NCBI GenBank assembly: GCA_016188775.1
Contig: JACPHC010000004.1
Location: 12,704 to 76,703, forward strand
Source of the DNA: Parcubacteria group bacterium
GTDB lineage: Bacteria; Patescibacteriota; Minisyncoccia; JACPHC01
Direction of reading: 5' to 3'
DNA length: 64,000 nt
How positions within the stretch are numbered: position 1 is the stretch's first letter; the number at the start of each line of letters is the position of its first letter. The notes under the pieces were generated by a model. The model was not told where the DNA came from, did no database searches, and worked only from the letters and a program-made list of their open reading frames with translations. Below are positions 50,146 to 62,337 of this stretch, piece by piece. The position numbers and the translations under genes were made by a program.

Positions 50146-52282
50146 TTTCCATTTCTTGATTAGATTCTTTCACAACCAAAATTTCGCGAGGCTTGGCCCC
50201 ATCGCCGGGTCCGATTATTCCCCGCGTTTCCATTATATCCAATAATCTCGCGGCTCGGGCGTAGCCGACCCGGAGCCGACGCTGAAGCAATGAAGCCGAA
50301 GCTTTGCCCATTTCAATAACCAAATCTTTCGCTTCTTCATAAAACTCGTCTTCTTCATCCGAATCCGCGTCAAATTTTTCCTCCGCTTTAGTTAAATTAA
50401 AATCCTCGGTTTTTGATTCCGCCTCATCCCATTCCAGGGATCCGATATAATCGGCGGTTTTTTTCGCCTCTTCTTCGGAAACATAAACGCTTTGAATTCT
50501 CTTTGGTTTTGAAGCGTCGCCGGCCAAATAAAGCATATCGCCTCGACCCAAAAGTTTTTCCGCTCCGGCCATATCAAGAATAGTGCGCGAATCCACCAAA
50601 GAAGCCACCTGAAAAGCGATCCGACTGGTGATATTGGCTTTAATAAGTCCGGTCACGACTTCCACCGAAGGCCGTTGAGTGGAAACGATCAAATGCATGC
50701 CGACGGCTCTGGCCATTTGGGCGATTCTGATGATTGACCCTTCCACCTCCCGCGGATAAGAAGCCATCAAATCCGCCAGCTCGTCAATAACAATTACAAG
50801 ATAAGGCATAATTTCTTCTTTATTTTTTCTGGCTTGCCTGTTGTATCCTTCTATGTCTCGGACTTTCGCGTCGGATAAAATGACGTAGCGCCGCTCCATT
50901 TCCGAAGCGGCCCAGCGAAGAGAAGCCACGGCTTTTTTCGGCTCAATAATCGTTGATGAAAGAAGATGCGGAATTCCGTTGTAAATTCCAAGCTCGACTC
51001 GTTTGGGATCGATCAAAAGAAGCCGCAAAGTCTCGGGAGAATTGCGCCAAAGAAAAGTGGTTAAAATACTGTGAATGGAAACTGATTTTCCCGCTCCGGT
51101 TGCCCCGGCCACCAACAAATGCGGCATCTTGGCCAGATCGGCGAAAATCTGCGAGCCGGCCACATCCCGTCCCAAGGCGAAAGCGAGAGGAGAAGTTAAA
51201 TTGACAAAAATCGGATTTTCTAAAATATTCCGGAGCCGCACCAGAGTTTGAGACCGATTGGGAATTTCAATGCCAACCAAAGACCGGCCCGGAATCGGCG
51301 CTTCAATTCTTAACGGATAAGCCGCCAAAGCTAGAGAAAGATCGGAATTTAACGCGGTGATGCGGGAAAGTTTCACGCCTTCCGCCGGCTTAAGAGTGTA
51401 TTGAGTGACGGTCGGGCCGACATTAACTTCGGACATCTCCACTTCAATGCCGAAATTTTCAAGGGTTCTTTTTATAATCTGCGCTCGGGCGCTGATGTCG
51501 CCTTGGGACGGAATGCCGCTTTCCGGAGTTAAAATATCAAGCGGCGGCGACTTGTACCCTTGGGAAAACCGGTCTTCTTTGACTTTTTTCGGTTTAAATT
51601 CAGCTTCCGATTCTCGGGCCGATTCGGCTTTCTCTTTCAAATTTTGGCTTGAGACTCCGCCAGGTAAATTGATTTTTAAACTTTCTTTTTTAGGGCTGAA
51701 TTTTTCCAAAGTTTTGGAAACGACCGCGGCGATTTTTTCCTCCAAAACCGGAATTGCTTTTTCATCCGTATCTTTAATATTTTCAGTTGATTTCCGATAA
51801 CGCCAAATCGGCATATTAATCGTAATTAAAAATGAAATAATAAGAGCCGCGATAAATAAAATCGAACTCGCCCAAAAACCGAAAATAAAAGAAAAACCGT
51901 CGGCAATAATCATTCCGAGATAACCGCCGGCGTCCAACTTATCATTGGCGACAAGCGTGAAAAATCCCAGAAAAGAAAATTTAAAAACGACTCCGCCAAT
52001 AACGCTGGCGTAAGCCACTTTTTCATTAAGCGTTCTGACGAAAGAGAAACTTAACAAAAAAAGCACTGTTGGAAGCATAAAAAAACCTTTTTTGCCTAAA
52101 AGAAAACTGGCGCCTTCAAAGAAAAAACCGCCGAAACGGCCGGCCAAACCAAAAGCGGAAAGCAAAAAAATAACCGCTAAAGTGAAAAAAATAATGGAAA
52201 TGACGATTTTTTTAACTTCCGGATGTAAAGAGGGGTTATTTTTTTCGTTTTCCAGTTTTTGATTTTTATTTTTTTTCGCCAT
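50132..52282 (-). CDS. ftsK: DNA translocase FtsK/SpoIIIE
   Basis: 4TM N-terminus, HLLVAGATGAGKS, IDELADLM, STQRPS, gamma domain ASLLQRRLRVGYARAARL. Confidence 0.97.
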   Translation of the reverse strand: MAKKNKNQKLENEKNNPSLHPEVKKIVISIIFFTLAVIFLLSAFGLAGRFGGFFFEGASFLLGKKGFFMLPTVLFLLSFSFVRTLNEKVAYASVIGGVVFKFSFLGFFTLVANDKLDAGGYLGMIIADGFSFIFGFWASSILFIAALIISFLITINMPIWRYRKSTENIKDTDEKAIPVLEEKIAAVVSKTLEKFSPKKESLKINLPGGVSSQNLKEKAESARESEAEFKPKKVKEDRFSQGYKSPPLDILTPESGIPSQGDISARAQIIKRTLENFGIEVEMSEVNVGPTVTQYTLKPAEGVKLSRITALNSDLSLALAAYPLRIEAPIPGRSLVGIEIPNRSQTLVRLRNILENPIFVNLTSPLAFALGRDVAGSQIFADLAKMPHLLVAGATGAGKSVSIHSILTTFLWRNSPETLRLLLIDPKRVELGIYNGIPHLLSSTIIEPKKAVASLRWAASEMERRYVILSDAKVRDIEGYNRQARKNKEEIMPYLVIVIDELADLMASYPREVEGSIIRIAQMARAVGMHLIVSTQRPSVEVVTGLIKANITSRIAFQVASLVDSRTILDMAGAEKLLGRGDMLYLAGDASKPKRIQSVYVSEEEAKKTADYIGSLEWDEAESKTEDFNLTKAEEKFDADSDEEDEFYEEAKDLVIEMGKASASLLQRRLRVGYARAARLLDIMETRGIIGPGDGAKPREILVVKESNQEMENEKF

Positions 52283-52398
52283 AAAAAACTATTTTCAGTT
52301 TAAAACAAAAAAGACTTCTTGTGAAGCCTTTCTTGTTTTTTAATTCTCAAATTTATCACGTTAGACAAAATCTTATTATTTCACCATTTCACGTATTT

Positions 52399-52446
52399 AT
52401 TTTCACTACAATGCATTCACGATCGTGAGTTGATTGTAGTGAAAAT
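52399..52446. repeat. ACGATCGT-core palindrome, copy 6
   Basis: attttcactacaat-gcat-tcacga|tcgtga-gttg-attgtagtgaaaat. Confidence 0.9.
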
Positions 52447-52460
52447 TTAAAAACTCAAAC

Positions 52461-55400
52461 CTACTTTTTAAATCCCGTGCCGACCGGAATCAGCCGGCCA
52501 ATAATGACATTTTCTTTCAATCCTTTTAATTTATCAATAGCGCCTTTGGTTGAAGCGGAAATCAAGATTCGAGAAGTTTCCTGAAAAGAAGCGGCCGAAA
52601 GAAAACTGTCAGTCGTCAAAGCGGTCTTCGTGATTCCTAAAAGAAGCTGAGCGCCTTTAGCCGGTTCTTTGCCTTCCTCTTTCAAACGATGATTTTCTTC
52701 AAGTAAAATCGCTTTCGGTATAATTTCGCCAACGGTGAAAATCGAATCCCCTTCTTCTTTAACTTTCACTCGCGAAAACATTTGACGAATTATTATCTCG
52801 ACATGTTTATCGGAAATCGGAGCGCCTTGCGAGACGTAAATTTTTTGAACTTCATTTAAAATATAGCGCTGAGTTTTTTCCGAGCCGGCCAATTTAAAAA
52901 GCTCTGAGGGATCAACCGAACCTTCGGAAAGTGAATCGCCTTTTTGAACTTTAGTTCCTTTTTCAACAATAATCGCCGTTCCTCCCGGAATGGCATATTC
53001 AACGACTTCCGGTTTCTTCTTGTTTTTTTCTTCATCTATCTCTTGAATTTTGATAATTTTTTGCGGCCTTTTATCAATAATATCCAAAACAATGCCGCTA
53101 ATTTCGCTGATAATCGCCTGACCTTTTGGCGGACGCGCTTCAAAAAGCTCTTCCACCCTGGGAAGACCTTGAGTAATGTCGCTTCCGGAAGCCACTCCGC
53201 CCGTGTGAAAAGTTCTCATTGTCAATTGAGTGCCGGGTTCGCCAATGGCTTGCGCGGCAATAACGCCCACGGCGGTGCCTAAAGGCACGATTTTATTGCT
53301 TCCGAGATCATAGCCGTAACATTTGGAACAAACTCCGGCTAAAGATTTGCAAGTTATCGGCGATCTTAAGATGACTTCATTTGCTCCGGACTGATCAATC
53401 TCCTCGGCTAATTCTTTAACGACCAAATCTCCTTCTTTACCAATGATTTTTCCTTTTTTGCCCATTACCGTCTCGGCCAAAATCCGGCCAGCCAAGCGAG
53501 CGGCGAAATTCCGGCCCAAAACCTCCCCGTCTTCGCGATAAACTTTCCAGCCGCCGGTCGTGCCGCAATCCTCTTGAGTCACTATCAAATCTTGAGCCAC
53601 GTCAACCAGCCGACGGGTTAAATAACCGGCATGAGCCGTTTTCAGGGCCGTATCCGTCGTGCCTTTTCTGGCTCCATGAGTGGCGATAAAATATTCAAGC
53701 GCGTTAAAACCTTCTTTGTAGCTTCGTTTAATCGGAAGTTCAATAATCTGCCCGGCCGGATTAACCACCAAACCCTTCATTCCCGACATCTGAATCGGCT
53801 GGGTCCAAGAACCTCTGGCCCCGGATGAAATTATGGAAAACACGGACCCGTTGGGATCAAGAGATTTTTTCACTTCATCGCCGACTTTTTCCTTAACTTT
53901 ACTCCAAATTTCAATAACCCTGGAATAACGCTCTTCATCGGTCAAAAGGCCGCGCTGATATTGATTGAATATCTTTTCAACTTCGGTTTCGGCCTCGGCC
54001 AGCAAAATTTTCTTCGCCGACGGAACAATCAGATCATTCATTCCCCAGGTAATTCCGGATTTAGTCGCGTATTCAAAACCTATTTTTTTAATTTTATCCA
54101 GAATTGACGGCGCTTCCGAATAACGAATAATTATCTGGCCGACTAGAGCTTCTAATCCTTTGGAATTCAATTCTTTATTGGCAAATTCAAAATCAGGCGG
54201 CAAGGCTTGATTAAAAATTATCCGACCGACTGATGTCTCGATTAATTTGCCTTTTTTCCTCACTTTAATTTTCGCTTTCAAATCAACCCCGCCGTGCTGA
54301 TAAACTAAAATTGCTTCATCTTCCGATCCGAAAATTTTGCCTTCGCCTTTAACGCCCTGACTTATTTTAGTCAAATAATAACAGCCTAAAACGATATCTT
54401 GAGTCGGAACCGTGATCGGATCACCGGTGGCCGGCTTTAAAAGATTCTTGGAGGAAAGCATTATTTCTCGAGCTTCCGCTTGAGCTTCTTCGGACAAGGG
54501 AAGATGAACGGCCATCTGATCGCCGTCAAAATCGGCGTTAAAAGCGCGGCAAACCATCGGATGGACCCGAATCGCTTCTCCTTCTATTAAAATCGGCTGA
54601 AACGCCTGAATGCCCAAGCGGTGCAAAGTCGGCGCGCGATTAAGAAGCACGAGTTTACCCTGAATAATTTCCTCAAGAATCGCCCAGACTTCATCCGGCC
54701 CTTCTTCAATCAAACGAAGAGCGCCTCTGATATTGTGAGCTGATTCCTTTTTTATCAATTCACGGATAACAAAAGGTTTAAAAAGTTCCAGGGCCATCTT
54801 TTTTGGAAGTCCGCACTGATGAAGATCAAGCTCCGGACCGACCACGATGACCGAGCGGCCGGAATAATCAACCCTTTTGCCTAAAAGATTTTGGCGAAAT
54901 CGGCCTTGTTTGCCTTTCAGTATGTCAGCCAAAGATTTCAAAGGCCGTTTTTGGCCGGTTGAAGCGACTGTCACAACGCCCTCGCCTCTTCTTTGAGAAT
55001 TGTCTATCAGGGCGTCAACGGCTTCCTGAAGCATTCTTTTCTCGTTTCTGACGATTACTTCCGGAGCGTTAAGCTCAATAAGTTTTTTCAGACGGCTATT
55101 GCGGTTTAAAACTCGCCGATAAAGATCGTTTAAATCAGAGGTGGCGTAGCGGCCGCCATCCAAAGGCACCATGGGCCGAAGATCCGGAGGAATAATCGGA
55201 AGATAAACTAAAAACATCCATTCCGGACGAATTCCGGCCTTAATTAAAGATCTTGTCAGAAATAAACGTTTTAAAATTTTTCGACGAGCTTCGGCTGACG
55301 CGGTCCTAGATTCGGTTTCCAGTTCAATTTTTAAATTTTCCAAATTTATTTTTGAGACAATATCTCTTAAAGTTTCAGAGCCGGTGCCGGCTTCAAAGAC

Positions 55401-56027
55401 CGGGCCGTATTTGAGCGAAAGATTTCGATATTCCACTTCCGACAAAACAAGGCCGACTTTAAGAGCTTTTAATTCTTTTTCCGTTTTTTCTTTGGCGCTT
55501 TTCAGAGATGCCAGCAATCCACCCTGTTTTTTGATTTGTTTAGCCTTAGTTTTATATTCCGCTTCCAAATCTTCCAAAATTCTGTTTTTGGCTTCTTCGT
55601 GAATTTTAGTGACAATATAGCCGGTAAAATAAATAATTTTTTCCAAATCAATAACCGAAAGACCGGTAATCGCGCCGATTTTGGAAGGAACGCCTCTTAA
55701 AAACCAGATATGCGAAACCGGAACGGCCAGTTCAATGTGGCCAAAACGTTCTCGGCGGACAATAGATCGCGTCACTTCGACGCCGCAACGGTCGCAAACA
55801 ACGCCTTTATAGCGAACCCGTCTATATTTTCCACAATAACATTCCCAATCCTTGGTCGGGCCAAAAATCCGCTCATCAAAAAGACCGTCTTTTTCCGGTT
55901 TCTGGGTCCGATAATTGATAGTTTCGGGTTTAGTCACTTCCCCGCGCGACCAATTTAAAATATCGTCGGGAGAAGCGACTTTTAATCTGATTGCTTCAAG
56001 ATCAATTGCTATTTTTTGATCAGCCAT
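52461..56027 (-). CDS. rpoC: RNA polymerase beta' subunit
   Basis: [29 protein letters not shown]. Confidence 0.99.
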   Translation of the reverse strand: MADQKIAIDLEAIRLKVASPDDILNWSRGEVTKPETINYRTQKPEKDGLFDERIFGPTKDWECYCGKYRRVRYKGVVCDRCGVEVTRSIVRRERFGHIELAVPVSHIWFLRGVPSKIGAITGLSVIDLEKIIYFTGYIVTKIHEEAKNRILEDLEAEYKTKAKQIKKQGGLLASLKSAKEKTEKELKALKVGLVLSEVEYRNLSLKYGPVFEAGTGSETLRDIVSKINLENLKIELETESRTASAEARRKILKRLFLTRSLIKAGIRPEWMFLVYLPIIPPDLRPMVPLDGGRYATSDLNDLYRRVLNRNSRLKKLIELNAPEVIVRNEKRMLQEAVDALIDNSQRRGEGVVTVASTGQKRPLKSLADILKGKQGRFRQNLLGKRVDYSGRSVIVVGPELDLHQCGLPKKMALELFKPFVIRELIKKESAHNIRGALRLIEEGPDEVWAILEEIIQGKLVLLNRAPTLHRLGIQAFQPILIEGEAIRVHPMVCRAFNADFDGDQMAVHLPLSEEAQAEAREIMLSSKNLLKPATGDPITVPTQDIVLGCYYLTKISQGVKGEGKIFGSEDEAILVYQHGGVDLKAKIKVRKKGKLIETSVGRIIFNQALPPDFEFANKELNSKGLEALVGQIIIRYSEAPSILDKIKKIGFEYATKSGITWGMNDLIVPSAKKILLAEAETEVEKIFNQYQRGLLTDEERYSRVIEIWSKVKEKVGDEVKKSLDPNGSVFSIISSGARGSWTQPIQMSGMKGLVVNPAGQIIELPIKRSYKEGFNALEYFIATHGARKGTTDTALKTAHAGYLTRRLVDVAQDLIVTQEDCGTTGGWKVYREDGEVLGRNFAARLAGRILAETVMGKKGKIIGKEGDLVVKELAEEIDQSGANEVILRSPITCKSLAGVCSKCYGYDLGSNKIVPLGTAVGVIAAQAIGEPGTQLTMRTFHTGGVASGSDITQGLPRVEELFEARPPKGQAIISEISGIVLDIIDKRPQKIIKIQEIDEEKNKKKPEVVEYAIPGGTAIIVEKGTKVQKGDSLSEGSVDPSELFKLAGSEKTQRYILNEVQKIYVSQGAPISDKHVEIIIRQMFSRVKVKEEGDSIFTVGEIIPKAILLEENHRLKEEGKEPAKGAQLLLGITKTALTTDSFLSAASFQETSRILISASTKGAIDKLKGLKENVIIGRLIPVGTGFKK

Positions 56028-56043
56028 AAAATTAAACCGTAAA

Positions 56044-59000
56044 TTAAGATAAATTTTTTAACGCTTCTCTTTTTACCGCTTTCATTTCTTTTTCTTGTTC
56101 TTTCTTCTCTTCTTCCTCTTTCGGCATCTCAACTTTTTTCTCAATCAATTCGACATTCAAAGACAATCCTTTAAGTTCATTAACGAAAACGTTAAACGAG
56201 GCCGGCAAATTTTGAACTCGGATTTTTTCGCCGGAAATAATCGCGTCATAAGCGGCGGAGCGGCCATGGACATCGTCCGATTTAATTGTCAGCATCTCCT
56301 GAAGCGTATGCGAAGCGCCGTAACCTTCCAAAGCCCAAACCTCCATTTCTCCAAATCTTTGTCCGCCAAATTGAGCTTTACCGCCGAGCGGCTGCTGGGT
56401 AATCAGAGAATAAGGACCAATGGAGCGCATATGAATTTTATCTTCCACTAAATGATGCAGCTTCATAATGTAAATATGGCCGACTGTCACTTTATTATCA
56501 AAAAGTTCGCCGGTTCGGCCGTCGTAAAGAGAGACTTTCCCATCCTCTGGCATTCCGGCTTTCTTAAGCTCGGCCCGAATTTCTTCTTCGCTGACACCCG
56601 AAAGGGCCGGGGTAATAGCCTGATAATTCATCTTTTTGGCAATCCAGCCCAGATGAGTCTCGAGAATCTGGCCGAGATTCATTCGGGAAGCGACCGATAA
56701 CGGATTTAAAATAATGTCAATCGGCCGGCCAGTTTCCAAATACGGCATATCTTCCTCGGGAAGAATTTTTGAAATAACGCCTTTATTGCCGTGCCGACCG
56801 GCCATTTTGTCGCCAACGGAAAGTTTTCTTAATTGAGCCACTTCAACTTTAATCTGTTTAATAACTCCGACCTCAAGCTTATCGCCTTTTTCCCTGGAAA
56901 AAATTTTCACTGAAATCACCCGACCGTGCTTGCCAAACGGCAAAGCTAGAGACGTATCTTTGACATCGCGCGCTTTTTCGCCGAAAATAGCCCGCAAAAG
57001 CCTTTCTTCGGAAGTCAAATCCGCTTCTCCTTTGGGTGAAATTTTACCAACTAAAATATCTCCGGCCCTGACTTCCGCTCCAATCATCACGATTCCTTCT
57101 TCATCAAGATTTTTCAATCGTTCTTCGGAAACATTGGGAATGTCGCGAGTGGTAATTTCCGGACCAAGTTTCGTGTCTCTAACGTCAACGGTAAAATCTT
57201 CAATATGAATTGAAGTATAGCGATCGTTTTTCAAAATACGCTCGGAAATAACGATGGCGTCTTCAAAATTAGATCCGAAAAACGAAACAAAAGCGCAAAG
57301 AATATTTTGCCCCAAAGCCAGCTCACCTTTATCCGTGGCAATGCCATCGGCGATTACATCCCCTTTTTTAACCTCCTGCTTTTTTTTAACAATCGGCCGA
57401 TTGGTAATAGCGGTGAAAGCGTTAGATCTTAAAAAATTATTCATTTTATAAACTTTGGACTCCGGCTTTTTTCCTTTGGATTTGATGATAATCTGATTGG
57501 CGTCAACCGCCGCGACTTCGCCGTCAATATCGGAAACAATGACTCGGCCGGAATCGCGCGCGGCTTTGGCTTCCACTCCCGTAGCCACCACCGGAGCTTG
57601 AGGACGAATGCAAGGCACGGCTTGACGCTGCATATTTGAACCCATCAGAGCGCGATTGGCGTCGTCATGTTCAAGAAACGGAATTAAACTTGTGGCGATA
57701 CTGATTGACTGCTGCGGGGCGACATCCATATAATTAATCTCTTTTTTTGAAACAATCGTCGGCTTGCCTTTGACTCGCGCTTCAACAATCGGCGCCAAAA
57801 TACGCCCCTCTTGATCATAAGGAATTCCGGCGTGAGCGATATTAAATTCCGACTCTTCTAAAGCGTTAAGATAAACAATCTCTTTAGTAATCAGTCCTTT
57901 TTCAACTTTAATATACGGCGTTTCAATCAAGCCCAGCTCATTAACTCGGGCGTAAGAAGCGAAATGGCCAACCAAGCCGATATTCGGACCTTCCGGAGTC
58001 TCAATCGGGCAAATACGGCCATAGTGGGACGGATGCACGTCGCGAACTTCAAAACCAGCGCGCTCTCTAGTCAGACCGCCCGGGCCCATGGCTGAAAGCC
58101 GTCGTTCATGCTCAAGCTCCGAGAGCGGATTAACCTGATCCATAAACTGGCAAAGCTGGGAAGAAGTGAAAAATTCTTTCACCGAAGCCATAAAATGCCG
58201 AGTATTAATCAATTGAGCCGGCGTCAAAGTGTAAATATCAAAAGTGGACATGCGGTCGCGGATAATTCTGGTCAGGCGGCTAATGCCGAGCCTTAATTTC
58301 GTCTGCAAAAGCTCGCCCAAGGCCCGAACCCGACGGTTGCCCAAATGATCAATGTCATCAGGTTTAGCGTCCGGATCATTATTTAAACGAATAATTTCTT
58401 TAATAACCGCGACTATGTCTTCAAGATTCAAAACCCGCTTGTCCCGGCCAATTTCCTTGATATCTTTAACTCCCTTTTTAAATTTACTTAAGCGCTGATC
58501 TAATTTAAAACGGCCGACCGGAGAAATATCGTAACGCTCAAAACTGAACATTGATTCAATAAAACTTTTAGCCGTATCCGGCGTCACCGGCTCGCCGGGC
58601 CTTAAACGATGATAAATTTCAACAAAAGCCTCGGACTCGTCTTTCGCGCTATCGTGCGAAAGAGTGGATTTTATAAAATTAATTTCCGGATTTACGTCCA
58701 CTTCTTTAAAAGCATCCAAAATTTTTTCACCGGAACCCATGCCAAACATTTTCAAGAAAATAGTCGCCGGAATTTTTCTCTTGCGATCAATCTTGACGCT
58801 AATCACTCCTTGAGAATCGGTTTCAAATTCCAGCCAGGCGCCGCGATTCGGAATCAGTTTGGCGCCAAAAAGCTTGCGGCCCCTGGAAACTTCGGCGGTA
58901 AAAAAAACGCCGACCGAACGAATAAGCTGGGACACGACCACTCGTTCCACGCCATTGACGATAAAAGTTCCCCGCGGCGTCATTACCGGAAAATCCGTCA

Positions 59001-59310
59001 TAAAAATCTCCTGCTCTTTGATCTCACCCGTCCTTTTATTAGTCAAACGAAGGCGAACTCTCAAGGGCGCTTCATAAGAAAGATTATTTTCCCGGGAAGT
59101 CACTTCATCGTATTTGGCCTCGTCCAAATAATAATCGATAAATTCCAATTCAAGATCTTTGCCGGTATAATCTTTAATTGGCGAAATTTCGTCAAAAAGT
59201 TCCCGCAATCCCTTTTCCAAAAACCACTGCCAGGAATTCAATTGAATTTCGGCCAAAAAAGGGAGAGAAACAAAAGACGGTTTAAAGCTTCCGAAATATT
59301 TTTTATTCAT
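56044..59310 (-). CDS. rpoB: RNA polymerase beta subunit
   Basis: ETPEGPNIGL, GDKMAGRHGNKG, GGQRFGEMEVWAL; likely start MNKKY at 59310. Confidence 0.99.
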   Translation of the reverse strand: MNKKYFGSFKPSFVSLPFLAEIQLNSWQWFLEKGLRELFDEISPIKDYTGKDLELEFIDYYLDEAKYDEVTSRENNLSYEAPLRVRLRLTNKRTGEIKEQEIFMTDFPVMTPRGTFIVNGVERVVVSQLIRSVGVFFTAEVSRGRKLFGAKLIPNRGAWLEFETDSQGVISVKIDRKRKIPATIFLKMFGMGSGEKILDAFKEVDVNPEINFIKSTLSHDSAKDESEAFVEIYHRLRPGEPVTPDTAKSFIESMFSFERYDISPVGRFKLDQRLSKFKKGVKDIKEIGRDKRVLNLEDIVAVIKEIIRLNNDPDAKPDDIDHLGNRRVRALGELLQTKLRLGISRLTRIIRDRMSTFDIYTLTPAQLINTRHFMASVKEFFTSSQLCQFMDQVNPLSELEHERRLSAMGPGGLTRERAGFEVRDVHPSHYGRICPIETPEGPNIGLVGHFASYARVNELGLIETPYIKVEKGLITKEIVYLNALEESEFNIAHAGIPYDQEGRILAPIVEARVKGKPTIVSKKEINYMDVAPQQSISIATSLIPFLEHDDANRALMGSNMQRQAVPCIRPQAPVVATGVEAKAARDSGRVIVSDIDGEVAAVDANQIIIKSKGKKPESKVYKMNNFLRSNAFTAITNRPIVKKKQEVKKGDVIADGIATDKGELALGQNILCAFVSFFGSNFEDAIVISERILKNDRYTSIHIEDFTVDVRDTKLGPEITTRDIPNVSEERLKNLDEEGIVMIGAEVRAGDILVGKISPKGEADLTSEERLLRAIFGEKARDVKDTSLALPFGKHGRVISVKIFSREKGDKLEVGVIKQIKVEVAQLRKLSVGDKMAGRHGNKGVISKILPEEDMPYLETGRPIDIILNPLSVASRMNLGQILETHLGWIAKKMNYQAITPALSGVSEEEIRAELKKAGMPEDGKVSLYDGRTGELFDNKVTVGHIYIMKLHHLVEDKIHMRSIGPYSLITQQPLGGKAQFGGQRFGEMEVWALEGYGASHTLQEMLTIKSDDVHGRSAAYDAIISGEKIRVQNLPASFNVFVNELKGLSLNVELIEKKVEMPKEEEEKKEQEKEMKAVKREALKNLS

Positions 59311-59613
59311 AATAAAAAACAAAATAGCCCTAGGCCTCTATCTTTCTAGGGTTTTTGATTTTTTTTAATTACTACTTAAAGTAATAAAACACTATATTTT
59401 TATGAATCCAAGCCTTTTCTTTTTTAAGAAATCTATAAATTATAAAAAGGAATAAGGCTTGATTTTAATCGTAAAATAAAACCAAGAATAAGTTTATACC
59501 CTCTCCAAAAATTTGTCAAGAGCCCAGAATGTTGTGTGTTATTGCGCTATTATAAATTCTTGACTATTATTTAATTAGTGTTTACCGACGCTCTCATTAT
59601 TCTAATATAAAAT

Positions 59614-62043
59614 ATGGATAATAATAAATCAACAAATAATTTAACGGAACGCGTTCGCGACGTCCTTAAAAAGGAATATATCGTGGTTGGAAAAACTCGC
59701 GTGACGGGCTGGTATGCCTGGCTTTCGTTCGGTCTTATTGCGGGCGTTGTAGCTGGCGTTATTTTTGTCGCTAATCGCAGCGGAAAATTTGAATTAGTAA
59801 AAGCGGAATTAATATCATCTACAACTACCGTCAATGTTAATGCCAGTAAGATTCTTGGTGATTTGCCGCTCATTTACAGAACGGGAATATGGATTGCAAG
59901 CGCTGAAAATAGTAGCCAAGAATATATACGCAATAAAACATTTGAAGAAAACGCAATTGGAGTAATTCAGTTAAACGTCGATCATGAGATTGCTTATTCA
60001 AAAAATCTTTCTGATATTAAAAAACGCCTAAATAAATTTATTCCCGTTTCATTAACAGAGAAAATCAAGGATTCGAAAAAAATATTGATAGTCACAATTC
60101 CTAATTATCTTTTAATGCCCAATTGGCTTTCTGCTAGGCCTAATGATGAACGAACATTGGGACAAAATTTGGGTTCATTCATTTGGCAAGTGTCCCCGCC
60201 TAAATGTTATGAATGGGAATGTCCGATTGAGAACGAGAACTTGCCTGGTTGGGAGCAAGTCGTTTATGAAACGATGAAATTTTTTAAGGAACGCGGAATC
60301 ACAAATATTGCCCTCGCGGTTGGCCATGAACCAAATAGAGATTGGCTAACCAAAGAAGAGAATTGGTATAAACTTTATGCTCATAGTCTTAATGGAGCTA
60401 AAAAGATTTATCCAAGCATACTAATTGGCGGAGTGGGGTCTTGGGGTTGGGAAGAACCGAAGTTGAAGTGCGATAGCGGACAGTACGCTCTCTATGTGCA
60501 ACAAATGTGTTTTGATGAAAGCGGCTGGGCAGATCCTAATGGAAAATCGCTCACCGAAAATTTCATTGCTTATATAGCTAAAAATAATTTACCTTTAGAT
60601 TTTATCAACTATCATTCTTTTGGAACAATGCCCTTTCAATTTATCAGTCATGGCGCGGGAATCAGGGCATTGCTTCAAGAATATGGAGAAACATACAATA
60701 GGGATTTTTCGCAAGTCAAAATCTATCCAGCTGATTGGACGGTATGGGGAGGCACTTATCCGGCTGACTACTTAGATACTGAATATAATTCTTCATATTT
60801 CATTAACTCTCTTTATTATATGAACAACGCAAGCATTCAATGGCACAGTTATGATTTTGATGTTTTTGATCCTGGTTTTGAAAAAAGCGTAAAAGAACAA
60901 CGAGGGAAAAATGCTCAATTCATCGGCGACTGGCCCGTTTTTACTTTTAATCAAATCATCAAGCCTGTCTATAATGCGTTTTTCGCGCTTTCCATTTTTG
61001 CTGGAGAAAAAGAACAACAAATTCCGAATGAAATAGAAACGACGATTACTGACGATGGTTTTGTGATATCAGTCGCTTCTCAAACTAAAAATAAAAAAAC
61101 AACACGGGTATTGCTTTCAAGTTTCGCGCCGAGCGCTGATGCCGTAGGAACGAGCAAAGCCTACGGTCCTTATCTTCTATCGACACTCAAATCTTGCATG
61201 AATTCGAAAGGTTATTCCGAGGAAAAATTAAAATTACTCATTTCTTCTGTCAAAGTAGCGGCAAAAATAAACCCTCCTAACGGTAACATGACGCTTGAGT
61301 ATATAAAGAGCCTGATTGCGAATACGGCCCCTGATCCAAAAACAAGAGAAGATCTTTTTTGGTGCGCGGAACATGATGTATTTGAAATGAAACAATCGAT
61401 TGACCGCTACGCGAAAGAACCGTCGGAAATAAAACTCTCTGTTTCTGGCCTTGCTTATGGCTTTTATGAAATTAAAAAATATCTTATTGACGCAAATCAC
61501 TCTAATGGTTGCGGGTATAACAAAAAAACCGAGCCGCGAAGAACCGATACTCCCTGCGGCATCGATGGAGAAATAGATCAGCGCGTCGCGCGAGCAAAAC
61601 AAGAGGCCAAACGCAAAGGCACGAAAGAAGCGTTTTCTTACCTGCGCGAACAAGGATACAGCGAAAACGATCTCGCGTTGGGGAAAAAGATAGCTCAATC
61701 CTGCAAACGGAAAATGGCGTGTGTTCAAGAAAAATTGAAACAACGTTACCAAGAATTGGATCGTTGCAAAATGCTTCAATGCTCTTCGGCGGATACAACT
61801 ATATCGGAGTTAAAAACCGCCATCGACATCTATAAGGGCGCGTATGCGCGAGTTTTCTTTTACGATTCTCCGGATTCAATTGATAAGGTCAATAATATAA
61901 AAGAAGCGCGATTGGACACAACAGAACAAAAACTCATTTCAATTTCAGCGGTTAGCAACGCCTATCGCGAGATAATTAAACTCACGCCTCACTCTGTTTT
62001 ACTTGTAGAAATACAAAATATAGAAAAATTAATTATAAAATAA
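59614..62043 (+). CDS. Membrane-anchored glycoside hydrolase, GH39-like
   Basis: N-terminal TM; GHEPN, ILIGG, PLDFINYHSF, IIKPVYNAF, YLIDANHSN; C-terminal LTPHSVLLVEI. Confidence 0.7.
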   Translation: MDNNKSTNNLTERVRDVLKKEYIVVGKTRVTGWYAWLSFGLIAGVVAGVIFVANRSGKFELVKAELISSTTTVNVNASKILGDLPLIYRTGIWIASAENSSQEYIRNKTFEENAIGVIQLNVDHEIAYSKNLSDIKKRLNKFIPVSLTEKIKDSKKILIVTIPNYLLMPNWLSARPNDERTLGQNLGSFIWQVSPPKCYEWECPIENENLPGWEQVVYETMKFFKERGITNIALAVGHEPNRDWLTKEENWYKLYAHSLNGAKKIYPSILIGGVGSWGWEEPKLKCDSGQYALYVQQMCFDESGWADPNGKSLTENFIAYIAKNNLPLDFINYHSFGTMPFQFISHGAGIRALLQEYGETYNRDFSQVKIYPADWTVWGGTYPADYLDTEYNSSYFINSLYYMNNASIQWHSYDFDVFDPGFEKSVKEQRGKNAQFIGDWPVFTFNQIIKPVYNAFFALSIFAGEKEQQIPNEIETTITDDGFVISVASQTKNKKTTRVLLSSFAPSADAVGTSKAYGPYLLSTLKSCMNSKGYSEEKLKLLISSVKVAAKINPPNGNMTLEYIKSLIANTAPDPKTREDLFWCAEHDVFEMKQSIDRYAKEPSEIKLSVSGLAYGFYEIKKYLIDANHSNGCGYNKKTEPRRTDTPCGIDGEIDQRVARAKQEAKRKGTKEAFSYLREQGYSENDLALGKKIAQSCKRKMACVQEKLKQRYQELDRCKMLQCSSADTTISELKTAIDIYKGAYARVFFYDSPDSIDKVNNIKEARLDTTEQKLISISAVSNAYREIIKLTPHSVLLVEIQNIEKLIIK

Positions 62044-62047
62044 AACA

Positions 62048-62281
62048 ATGACGCAATTATCCTTTATTAAAAAAATATTCATAGCGCTCATTATTATTGC
62101 CATTATTACGGTTGGAATATATCTATATTTTACAATGAAAAAAATACAAACGGGAACGGGTTCTCAAGAAAATTTACTTCCCCTATTTGAGAATGAAGAT
62201 CAAGATATTACATCCGGTTTGCCGCGCAATATTCCTAATCCAGAAGAAAACGAGATTCCTGAAGGATTTTTTGAGGAATAA
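62048..62281 (+). CDS. Small membrane protein
   Basis: 77 aa, single TM, directly after the GH39-like gene. Confidence 0.6.
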   Translation: MTQLSFIKKIFIALIIIAIITVGIYLYFTMKKIQTGTGSQENLLPLFENEDQDITSGLPRNIPNPEENEIPEGFFEE

Positions 62282-62337
62282 ATTAATAATAATTTTGATA
62301 ATTATACGTAAATTGTACGAATTTTTTTATAAAAAAA

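Noticed and set aside
52461-59310. Alternative genetic code (UGA recoding) or inteins/introns in core genes
   Set aside because: rpoB, rpoC, recA, groEL and ftsH are uninterrupted and of ordinary length under the standard code.
58609-59349. 246-aa antisense ORF and the many other shadow ORFs within rpoB, rpoC, groEL, pilB and the giant gene
   Set aside because: They overlap well-supported genes on the opposite strand or frame and have no recognisable motifs.
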